A stretch of DNA of 64,000 nucleotides from an uncultured Alphaproteobacteria bacterium (GTDB lineage: Bacteria; Pseudomonadota; Alphaproteobacteria; MPNO01; UBA2964), in assembly GCA_943787225.1 (NCBI GenBank), contig CALSLP010000002.1:274648-338647 (forward strand), read 5' to 3'. This document shows positions 30,240 to 39,567 of the stretch, in pieces (the stretch's first letter is position 1; every line of letters starts with the position of its first letter). Both the position numbers and the translations under genes were made by a program. The notes below the pieces were generated by a model. That model did not search any database. It saw nothing but the letters and a program-made list of their open reading frames with translations, and had not been told where the DNA came from.

Positions 30240-31162
30240 TCATCCGATGCGTCTCCGCCAGGAGGCGTCGGCGGAATATGCTGACCGGCTTCGATAACAC
30301 TGCGGCGGATTTCACGAGTTCGAGCGAATAGCGCTTCCAGCCCGTCACCATCACCATCCCGGATTGCGCGCTGAAGACCGCTTAGGTCTTCGGTCAGGCG
30401 CCCCAGCATCTCAAGAACAGCGTCTTTATTGTTGAGAAAAATATCACGCCACATGACCGGATCGGAGGCGGCGATCCGCGTAAAATCACGAAACCCGCTG
30501 GCGGCAAACTTTACGACTTCGGATTTCAACCGGTCTTCCAGGTCCGTCGCCGTACCAACAATGGTATAGGCAATCAGATGTGGAACATGCGAGGTAATCG
30601 CCAGCACCTGATCATGATGATCCGGGTCCATCCGTTCGATTTTGCTCCCGGTGCGCCGCCACAATTCAGCGACCTGTTCAACCGCCACCTCATCGGTTCC
30701 AGGTTCTGGAGTGAGGACCAGCCAGCGATCTTCAAACAAGCTATCGAAGCCCGCTTCCGGGCCGGAATTTTCCGTGCCAGCAATAGGATGACTGGGCACA
30801 AAATGAACTCCGGGCGGCAAATGTGGGGTTACAGCTTCGATGACAGACCGTTTTACAGAGCCAACATCGGTCACAATCGCCCCGGGCTTCAACGCCGCAG
30901 ACATTTGTTTAGCAATAGCGCCATAGGCACCAATCGGCGTGCACAAAACGATGAGATCGGCATCATTGACGGCTTCGGCGACGTCACCGGTCGCACTATC
31001 CGCAAGATCCAGATCCAGCGCTGTCTGGCGGGTTTGTTCGGTGCGCGCACAGGCGACGATAGAACCGGCCAGCCCGTCGCGGCGGATGACCCGCGCCAGC
31101 GAAGACCCAATCAGCCCAATACCGATGAAGGCAATCTTGTTAAATAAAATATCACCAGCCAT
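30236..31162 (-). CDS. tyrC: prephenate/arogenate dehydrogenase
   Basis: IAFIGIGLIGSS NAD-binding motif, SHPIAG and HDQVLAITSHVPH motifs. Sits in an operon-like row with hisC and chorismate mutase. Confidence 0.85.
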   Translation of the reverse strand: MAGDILFNKIAFIGIGLIGSSLARVIRRDGLAGSIVACARTEQTRQTALDLDLADSATGDVAEAVNDADLIVLCTPIGAYGAIAKQMSAALKPGAIVTDVGSVKRSVIEAVTPHLPPGVHFVPSHPIAGTENSGPEAGFDSLFEDRWLVLTPEPGTDEVAVEQVAELWRRTGSKIERMDPDHHDQVLAITSHVPHLIAYTIVGTATDLEDRLKSEVVKFAASGFRDFTRIAASDPVMWRDIFLNNKDAVLEMLGRLTEDLSGLQRAIRDGDGDGLEALFARTREIRRSVIEAGQHIPPTPPGGDASDD

Positions 31163-31168
31163 CCCGAC

Positions 31169-32253
31169 CTACCCCGCCATAAATTCTTTTGCCGCGTCAG
31201 CGAATGCCCGCATTTCATCCTCACGGCCAATCGTCACCCGCAAGCAATCCGGCAATCCATAACCGCCGGTTTCGCGGGGGATAATTCCTTTGGACTCAAA
31301 GAATGTCATTGCTGCCGCGGAATTATGGGTGTCATCATCAGGGAACCGCACCAGCACGAAATTCGCCGCACTGGGATAAACCGTCAGGCCACAATCGCTA
31401 AGCCGATCACTGAGCCAGGGCAACCAGACCGAGTTATGATCGCGAGCGGCAGCAACATGTGCGGCATCTTCTACTGCGGCCTTACCTGCCGCCTGTGCAG
31501 CGGTCGACAAATTAAAAGGCCCACGCAGCCGATTGAGCACATCAGCAACCGACGCGGGGCAATAGGCCCAACCAATCCGTAAAGCGGCCAATGCATAAAT
31601 TTTTGAAAACGTCCGCGTCACGACCGTATTCTCTCCGGCGTCGACCAGATCAAAACCCATATCGTAATCATTGCGCGTTACAAACTCTGCATAGGCGCAG
31701 TCAATCACCAGCAGGATATCCTCGCGCAGCCCGGCCCGCAGCCGCGCCAACTCAACGGCCGGAATATACGATCCCGTCGGGTTATTGGGGTTAGCAACAA
31801 AAACAATCCGCGTTTTTTCGGTGACATGCGCTAATACGGCATCAACATCGAAAGTCAGATTCTTCTCCGGCACTTTGACCGGATCGCCCCGACACAATGC
31901 GCAACGATGGGATAAACATTGAAGCCGTGCTCACCGAGCAAGATTTCATCACCTGGCCCGGCATAGCCGCGCGCCAGATTGTAGAGCAACTCATCCGAGC
32001 CTGCCCCGCAAACAATACGATCGGGGCTAAGTCCATTTGCCAACCCAAGCGCTTCCCGCAGCGCAATTGACGTGCCATCAGGATATTCATGCAAAGTCTC
32101 CCCCGCCTCACGGAACGCTGCCAGCGCCTTGGGGCTTGGGCCCAGAGCGCTTTCGTTGGCGGATAGTTTCATTGCAGCCTTTTGACCATCCACCGACGAC
32201 CTGCCGGGAACGTAAGGCGCGAGCTCCATTATGCCAGGACGAGGGGTTAGCAT
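31169..32253 (-). pseudogene. hisC: histidinol-phosphate aminotransferase, single frameshift
   Basis: The N-part (LSANESALGPSP...YPDG...GAGSDELL) and C-part (FVANPNNPTGSY...RTFSKIYALAALRIGW PLP-Lys motif) join at about 31879-31884. This is consistent with one missing base in a C/G run. Confidence 0.9.
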
Positions 32254-32254
32254 T

Positions 32255-33118
32255 TTACGCTCCGGTCGTCAGCGGTACGGCGTAACCGCCCACCACACGT
32301 GCCATCGAAAAATCAGTATTATCTTCAAGGAATTGCGCCACCCGGCCATCATCCGAAGCGACAAACCCATCGACCTCGAACAGGAATAATTCGCGGCCCA
32401 TCGTTGCCGCAGATTTCGGCAAGGTCACGAGAGCGGATGGTGTCAGCCCGGCAGAAGACAATGCGCCGGTCAAACGCGAGCGGCTGATGGGCTCGACGCA
32501 TTCAATAATCAAATAACTTCTGTCATTACCCGTTTCAACAGGTGCGAAATCAGAAACCAGCAGCGCTTCTGATTGGCCGCCCCGTCCATTCCCTCCAGAC
32601 ACAAATGGCAGCCGCCCACACACACGCACCTGTCGTCCATTGCTGTCGTTGCTGAGCAACGGCCACCAGGGGTCGGCTTCATCAATTTGCGGCATTGGCA
32701 GGACGCCAGCCGTCGCGCTGCCATCGGCAATCGCCTGCAGCACGCCGCGGGTTGTCGCATGCCGGGTTAAAGGTGTCTGCGATCCAAAGTGATCTCGGGC
32801 GATATCCCAATAGGCCGGATCTTCAGCATCCCATACAGCGATCTTGAAATCTCCCTGCATGGATACGAACGCGGATATCAGCTCGCGCCAGATTCGAATA
32901 ATAACCGCCGACGGCAGAGCCCCTGCGTGACGGCCAACCAACCGTCGTAGAACCTCAGCTTCACGGCCTGGCCGGAAAATACCTCCGCCAGCATCCTGCT
33001 TGGCGTCTTTGACCCGGGCAACGACCTCCGCACGCCGCATAATCAGATCATGCAACGATTCGTCGATGGTATCGATCTCGGCTCTGAGATCATCCAGATT
33101 ATTACTATCCGTGCTCAT
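32255..33118 (-). CDS. chorismate mutase (N-terminal CM type 2 domain with a prephenate-dehydratase-like C-terminal region)
   Basis: LDDLRAEIDTIDESLHDLIMRRAEVVARV is a CM_2 helix pattern; 287 aa. Confidence 0.7.
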   Translation of the reverse strand: MSTDSNNLDDLRAEIDTIDESLHDLIMRRAEVVARVKDAKQDAGGGIFRPGREAEVLRRLVGRHAGALPSAVIIRIWRELISAFVSMQGDFKIAVWDAEDPAYWDIARDHFGSQTPLTRHATTRGVLQAIADGSATAGVLPMPQIDEADPWWPLLSNDSNGRQVRVCGRLPFVSGGNGRGGQSEALLVSDFAPVETGNDRSYLIIECVEPISRSRLTGALSSAGLTPSALVTLPKSAATMGRELFLFEVDGFVASDDGRVAQFLEDNTDFSMARVVGGYAVPLTTGA

Positions 33119-33292
33119 ATAAAGTCTCTGGCAGCCAAATTATCACCGTCGCCCCGATTGGGCCGCGCGTTTATAACGCGCCACGCCGTCAACCAAAAGC
33201 AAAGAAAGCATTGATAAATATCCCACTTCGACTTAGCTATCATTTAAATTCAGGTATTTGTCATCAGGAACTAACGCTGAAATATCGTTGAA

Positions 33293-34462
33293 ATGACGGA
33301 TTCGACAGTAACGCTTAACCCAATCGCAAACGGGGAGCTGCCCGGCCACCAGGTAGAGCTGGGCGGTGATGCCCCGTTATGCTTGGATTCGGGGGCAATT
33401 CTCGGTCCGTATACCATCGCCTATCAGACCTTTGGCACGCTGAACGCTGACAAATCGAATGCTATTCTCATATGCCATGCATTGACCGGTGATCAGTTTC
33501 CCGCTGGCCAACACCCCATTACAGGGAAAGGCGGCTGGTGGGAGCTCATGGTCGGTCCCGGAAAAGTCATCGATACTGACCGTTTCTTTGTGATTAGCAC
33601 TAATGTTCTCGGCGGTTGCATGGGGACAACAGGGCCGAGTTCCATAGATCCCAAGACCGACAAACCCTACGGTCTCGACTTCCCGGTCATTACCATTGGC
33701 GACATGGTTCGCGCTCAAGCGATGCTGATCGACCATCTCGACATTGAGAAGTTGTTCTGCGTCATTGGCGGCTCGATGGGCGCGATGCAGGTGCTGGAAT
33801 GGGCCTCGAAATATGGCGACCGTCTCTATGCGGCTGTGCCTATTGCCGGGGCGCCACGTCATTCCGCCCAGAACATTGCTTTCCATGAGGTTGGACGCCA
33901 GGCAATCATGGCGGACCCCGACTGGTGCCAGGGCAATTATATCCTCGAAGGCAAACGTCCACGGCGCGGTCTCGCTGTCGCGCGGATGGAAGCCCATATC
34001 ACCTATTTGTCGGAACCGGCACTGCACCGCAAGTTTGGCCGCCGGCTTCAGGAACGCGAACAGGTTACCTACGGATTCGATGCGGATTTTGAAGTCGAAT
34101 CCTATCTGCGTCACCAGGGCAGCACCTTTGTCGAGCGCTTTGATGCAAACTCCTATCTCTACATAACCCGCGCGATGGATTACTTCGACCTGGCAGCGGA
34201 ACATGACGGCATCCTTGCCCATGCTTTCCGGGACACCAAAGTCCGTTTCTGCGTTGTTTCGTTTTCCAGCGACTGGCTATACCCGACTGTTGAAAGCAGG
34301 ACTGTTGTCCATGCACTCAACGCCGTCGCCGCTAATGTTAGCTTCCTTGAGGTTCAGACCGATAAAGGTCATGACGCCTTCTTACTGGACGAACCAGTGC
34401 TGCACGAAACCCTGTCTGGCTTTATCGAGGGCACCGTCCGCCATAGTGGACTTGCCTTATGA
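33293..34462 (+). CDS. metX: homoserine O-acetyltransferase
   Basis: [10 protein letters not shown] and the GGSMGAMQ nucleophile motif; 389 aa. Followed by metW with a 4-nt overlap. Confidence 0.95.
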   Translation: MTDSTVTLNPIANGELPGHQVELGGDAPLCLDSGAILGPYTIAYQTFGTLNADKSNAILICHALTGDQFPAGQHPITGKGGWWELMVGPGKVIDTDRFFVISTNVLGGCMGTTGPSSIDPKTDKPYGLDFPVITIGDMVRAQAMLIDHLDIEKLFCVIGGSMGAMQVLEWASKYGDRLYAAVPIAGAPRHSAQNIAFHEVGRQAIMADPDWCQGNYILEGKRPRRGLAVARMEAHITYLSEPALHRKFGRRLQEREQVTYGFDADFEVESYLRHQGSTFVERFDANSYLYITRAMDYFDLAAEHDGILAHAFRDTKVRFCVVSFSSDWLYPTVESRTVVHALNAVAANVSFLEVQTDKGHDAFLLDEPVLHETLSGFIEGTVRHSGLAL

Positions 34463-35085
34463 ACGCTCTGCCCACAATCGGACCGCTGCGCGCGGATTTG
34501 CAGCTCATCAGCGATATGATCGAGCCCAACAGCCGTGTCCTGGACGTCGGTTGTGGTGACGGGGCGCTGCTGGCCTATCTGGCACAGGAAAAGAGTGTCG
34601 ATGCCCGTGGCATCGAGCTCAGCCATGAAGGCGTGAAATCCTGTGTCGCCCTGGGACTCTCGGTGATTCAAGGTGACGCCGATACAGACCTTACCGATTA
34701 TCCGTCCGATGCCTTTGACTATGTCGTGCTCGGCCAGACCTTACAGGCGACGCGCAGCCCCAAAGACGTCCTCGAAACACTGGTTCGGATCGGTCGCCAC
34801 GCGGTGGTCTCCTTCGTCAATTTCGGTCACTGGCGGACGCGATTATCGCTCATGCTAAACGGGCGGGTCCCTGTCCCAGCCGGCAATCAGCATGGCTGGC
34901 ATGACAACCCTGATATTCACCTTTGTACCGTGCTGGATTTTGTCGATTTATGTGAAGAGTTGGGTCTCAAGATAGACAAAGGCCTGTCCCTCGACCGCCA
35001 CAACCAGGTGCGCCAGATCAAAACCGGCAGCCAGATGGCCAATTTACGCGGCGAACAAGCGATCTTCCTGCTCCATCGGGAATAG
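34459..35085 (+). CDS. metW: methionine biosynthesis protein MetW
   Basis: [15 protein letters not shown]-fold motif. Canonical metX-metW pairing. Confidence 0.9.
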   Translation: MNALPTIGPLRADLQLISDMIEPNSRVLDVGCGDGALLAYLAQEKSVDARGIELSHEGVKSCVALGLSVIQGDADTDLTDYPSDAFDYVVLGQTLQATRSPKDVLETLVRIGRHAVVSFVNFGHWRTRLSLMLNGRVPVPAGNQHGWHDNPDIHLCTVLDFVDLCEELGLKIDKGLSLDRHNQVRQIKTGSQMANLRGEQAIFLLHRE

Positions 35086-35105
35086 CGCTCCCGACCCAGC
35101 GACCA

Positions 35106-35543
35106 ATGCCGGTAGATAATATGGATAGTAGAGAACAACATTACAAAAACCTCCGGGACAAGGCAGAGGCGGTTGGCGTCGATGAAGATTACATCGACCT
35201 CCTGTTAGCGTCGTTCTACGCCAGGGTCCAAACCCATGAGATACTCGCCCCGATCTTCAAGGAAGCCATCGGCGACACCTGGGATGCACACCTCACAGTA
35301 ATCAACAGGTCATTCTGGGTTTCATTTATCTTTGGTGATGGCGGCTATAACAGGGATATGGGTGCCATCCATAAAAACCTGTCTGACGTACGCCCCGAAC
35401 ATTTTGCGATCTGGCTCGAACTCTTCAGAACTACCCTTGAAGACACCGCACCCACACCCGCAAGCCGTCGAGTTCTTCATGACCAGAGCAAACCGCATCT
35501 GCGCAAAGTCTACAAACCATCATGTTTGGCCGGAGCAATATAG
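35106..35543 (+). pseudogene. group III truncated haemoglobin (Ctb-like globin), probably two frameshifts near the 3' end
   Basis: SFYARVQTHEILAPIFKEAIG...FW...GDGGYN...HKNL...HFAIWLELF resembles Ctb-type globins. The expected C-terminal helix (PQAVEFFMTRANRI | AQSLQTIMFG) is spread over two other frames (switches at about 35451-35462 and about 35495-35503). The true 3' end is uncertain and could reach 35680. Confidence 0.55.
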
Positions 35544-35754
35544 CCAGATTAAACGTACTGCGAGTATTTGGTCGGACTGCAGCGAAAACCAATCCATCCG
35601 CGTTCCCTTCCCCTGAAATTTGTAACGGAACCATATTTTTAGTATGGTCGTGGAAATACCGGGCATTCAACACCGGTTAGTAAAGCAGGGTTGCGAGGAA
35701 GGTGAGTGTTCTGGTGATTGAACTTGCACCGAATAGAATTATGCGGGTTTAGCC

Positions 35755-37297
35755 GTGGCCGAAGTAAGTCTGGTTTCCGACAGTTTACGGTCTTATGAAC
35801 CGCACGACCTCTGGTCGACCAAGGTCAGACGCCGAGGCTATCAACGCTGGCGACATCTGCGGTCACAAGTTGATCTCTATTACTTCTGGGAGAAACGCTG
35901 GTTCTTTGTTGCCATGCTCATCGGCTTTGCCATGATCGCAATGCCTCAACCCGATGGGCTCACACGCGAGGGCCAGATCGTTCTCACGATGTCGGTGGTC
36001 GCGGTTATTCTTTTTGTGACCGAACCCGTCCCCCTGCCCACGGTCGCCTTGCTCATCATTGTCGGACAGGTGCTGCTCCTCGGCCTTGAGTCGACGACCG
36101 TCGCCAAAACCCTGATGACCGATTCCGTTCTGTTTATCATGGGCTCGCTCATGCTGGCGGTCGCGGTGGTCAAGCAAAAGCTCGACATCCGGATCGCCTG
36201 GCTGATCGTTCGCATGACGGGCACCAAGACAACGCGGGTTTGTTTCGGCATCTCGCTGGTATCCGGCGTTCTGGCTTCGTTTGTCGGAGAACACACCGTG
36301 GCGGCGATGATGCTACCGGTTGGCATTACGTTGATCACCTTGACATCGGATGACCCCAAGCAAGTGCGGCGTCTCGCGGCCGTCCTGCTATTTTCGATCT
36401 CTTATGGGTGCTCGGTTGCCGGCATCGGTACGCCATCGGGCGGCGCCCGCAACGCCATTATGATTGGTTATTGGAAAGAGTTTTTCTATGACCCAACCAA
36501 TCCGGAAACCCGAAAATTCCTGATCGATTACGTCACCTGGATCGCCTACGCCTATCCGGTGTTCCTGATCCAGCTGCCTTTTGTAACCCTGATCCTGACC
36601 TGGACGTTCAAGCCTGAATACAAAACCCTGTCACGCTCGGTTGCCAAGCTCCGCCAGCAGATCGTTTTACAAGGCCCGATGAAACCGGCTGACTGGCTGG
36701 CGATCCTGATTTTTTCATTGATTCTGCTCGGGTGGATATTTCTCTCCAGCGAAACCGGCTTGGGCACCATCGCCGTCCTCGGCGCCGCCCTGTTCCTGAT
36801 TGCCGGGCTGGTGCAATGGGAAGACATCAACTCTGGCGTCAATTGGGGCGTCATCCTGCTTTATGCCGCCGCCATCTCGCTCGGTGTGCAGATGAAAGAC
36901 ACCGGCGCCGCTCAATGGATTGCCGAGAGTTTTCTCAACCTCATGGCGCCGCTGGGAGCTGATCAGGGCATCGGACTATGGGCGGCCTGTCTCGGCCCTG
37001 ACAACGATGGTTACCAACACCATGTCCAACGGCGCTGCGGTTGCCGTCCTGGGTCCAATCGTCCTGAAAATGGCCACTGTGGCTGGCGAAAGCCCGATTG
37101 TTCTTGGCTTCATCACCGCCATATCATCGGCCTTTGCCTATTTAACGGTCGTGGGAACACCTGCCTGCACCATTGTTTATGCCTCAGGCTATCTCAAGAC
37201 GACTGACTTCCTGATCGTTGGCTGGCGCATGGTGGTCATGTCGACAATCCTGATGATACTGGCGGCTTATTTCTATTGGCCTTTGCTCGGGAGTTGA
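35755..37297 (+). pseudogene. SLC13/DASS-family anion:sodium symporter, single frameshift
   Basis: Polytopic membrane protein. Frame 1 runs up to ...APLGADQGIGLWAA, then frame 2 reads VSALTTMVTNTMSNGAAVAVLGPIVL.... The switch is at about 36975-36995. Confidence 0.75.
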
Positions 37298-37306
37298 GGA
37301 CGGCCA

Positions 37307-38318
37307 ATGGCGTTTAAGTTCACCAACAAACCTGGAAAGAAGAACACCCTCCAGCAGGAGATGGAAGAGACTCGTCTGGAACGGCGCAACCGGTTTCGTA
37401 TCCTAGTCTGTATCGATGGCTCCGATGCTTCCTATGAAGGACTTCGTTTCGCGTCAAGAATTGGTCATTCGGATGAGTGCGATATCATTCTGCTCTATGT
37501 GCGGCCCATCGATCAGGGGTTGAGATCTGGCGGTCTGCAGGTTCGGGTTGCCCGGGAGAATATGCTCGATTGGGGGTTGGAGTTGCCTGGCATCCGATAT
37601 CTGAAACAGGGTCTCGATATGCTGACCGGCGAGGATGAGATATCAGCGCACTGGACGGCGTCAATGAGCCACTCGGAGTCCTGGGGTGATCCGCTCGGTG
37701 ACAATAAGGTCGAATACCGTCATGAAAACGGCAGAACGATCGTCCTGAAACTGAAAACCGCGCCCGACCCCGCCAGCGGTATTCTCGATCAGTACGAACT
37801 CGGCCCCTACAACCTCATTATCATGGGAGCGCCGACGCATTGGCACAGCGAAATGCGGGCGTTTTTTAGCGCCAGTGTCACGCAAAAGGTCGCCATGCTG
37901 GCGCCCTGCTCCGTCATGGTTGCACGTCCCAACCAGCAAGGACGCGGCACTGGCCATCTGATCTGCACGGATGGGACAAAGCACTCTCTGGATGCCATGC
38001 GCCGTGACGCCGTTCTGGCCAAGCATAGCGGCAGACCGGTTACTCTGTTTTGCGGCGCCCGGCAGAAATCCGACATCGCAACAGCGGGCACGGGTCCTCG
38101 AGAAAGCAACCGAGATGCTAGCGAAAATCGACATCGAGGTTCAGGACGTCCTCGTCGGTGTTGGAAACCCAACCGATGAGATCGTCCGCGCTGGGAATGA
38201 CTATGCCGTCATCGCGGTCGCCGATTCCGGAAAGAAACTGTTCCGGCGGTTGTTTGTTGGCGGAACCGCTTTCAAGGTCATGGGCGCCGCAAAAACATCG
38301 GTCCTGAACATCCGCTGA
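37307..38318 (+). pseudogene. tandem universal stress protein (UspA family), single frameshift
   Basis: The first Usp domain (ILVCIDGSDAS...LIIMGAP...VMVARP) and the start of the second are in frame 2. The end of the second (...AVIAVADSGKK...FVGGTAFKVMGAAKTSVLNIR) is in frame 0. The switch is at about 38050-38065. Confidence 0.8.
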
Positions 38319-38385
38319 TCGATAGACTCCTCTATCCCCGCCCCATAGACTTTGCCTCCTAACAAAAGACAGGGAGCATTGTACA

Positions 38386-39415
38386 ATGAAGGGCATCACA
38401 TTTCTGGGAGACCGACAGGCCGAGTTGCGGGAATTTAAAGACCCGACTCCGGGGCCACACGACGTCATATTGGAAATCAAGGCCTCCGGCATGTGTGGTA
38501 CAGATCTGCATGCCTATCGGCGCGAATTCACCGGCACCGAACATTTCGTCGCCGGCCACGAACCCTGCGGAGTCGTTGTTGAGCTTGGCAAGCACGTTGC
38601 GGCGAAAGCGACGCCAAAATCGGCGACCGGGTGATGGTTCACCATTACGACGGCTGCGGCAATTGCCGTCATTGCACATCCGGCTGGTCGCAGCTCTGTG
38701 ACGAAGGGCCGATACGACCTACGGCTCCGGACAAGGGCATGGTGCCCATGCGCGCTATATGTGTGTCGCCTCCCACACGCTGGTGCCCCTGCTTGATGAT
38801 CTGACTTTCACAACCGGCGCTGCCATTTCCTGTGGCACCGGCACGGCATACGGGGCGCTCAAAAGAATCGGCCTCGAAGGAGATGAGACACTCGCAGTCT
38901 TTGGGCAGGGACCGGTAGGCCTTTCCACCACCCAGTTTGGCGCCGCAATGGGCGCTCGGGTGATTGCGATTGAAACCTCACCAGAACGGCGGGCGCTTGC
39001 CCTTGAGAAAGGCGCACACGCCGTTATTGATCCCACTGAGGTTGATCCTGTGACTGCGATCCAGGAACTGACCCATGGCGAAGGCGCCCACAAGGTGATT
39101 GAAACCGCCGGTGTCGCCCAGGCACGGCAAGCGGCCGTCAAAGGAACCCGCAAATGGGGGACCGCCTGTTTCGTAGCCAGTGGCGGCCAGGTGACACTGG
39201 ATGTCGGCCCCGATCTGACCTTCCGGCAGGTTACCGTTCTTGGCCACTGGACTTTCTCGAAGAACGGCCAGGCCGACTGCGCCCGTTTTGTCTCGGACCG
39301 AAAAATCGATGTCGATAGTGTGTTCACACACCAATTCCAGTTAGAACAGGCGGAAGAGGCCTATCAACTGCTGGATGAACAAAAAACCGGCAAAGGCGTA
39401 TTCATTCCATCTTGA
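38386..39415 (+). pseudogene. zinc-dependent medium-chain alcohol/polyol dehydrogenase, two frameshifts
   Basis: GHEPCG catalytic-Zn motif (frame 1), DGCGNCRHCTSGWSQLC structural-Zn motif (frame 0), and GQGPVG NAD motif plus C-terminus (frame 2). Switches are at about 38600-38616 and about 38708-38722. Confidence 0.85.
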
Positions 39416-39567
39416 AGCTGATTACCCGACGACTATTCTCCATTTCAGAAGCTCTCATTTTCCAAAGTCCAAGGAATTCCTCGTTCTCCCGTGGAAATTA
39501 AAGAATTGTTAACCTTAGTTACCGAATATTTACCCTCTCGCCAACTCAACCCCTTTTCTAGAATATT

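Noticed and set aside
33119-33292. A SAM-II/SAM-V riboswitch upstream of metX, as is common in alphaproteobacteria.
   Set aside because: I could not find the conserved 3' AAAGCU element paired to a U-rich loop near the start codon. The only AAAGC-like strings lie about 100 nt upstream and have no complementary partner. This needs an Infernal scan to exclude formally.
33377-34222. Long antisense or out-of-frame ORFs inside well-supported genes. Examples are 33377-34222(-) in metX, 24387-25088(-) in nrdJ, 29163-29894(-) in DUF2125, 42728-43348(-) in gloB, 38755-39327(-) in the ADH, 25503-26240(+) in the MATE gene and 8603-9115(-) in etfB.
   Set aside because: These are typical shadow ORFs of GC-rich coding sequence. 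Their translations are Arg/Gly/Pro/Cys-rich with no family motifs, and each is fully covered by a gene with clear motifs on the other strand or frame.
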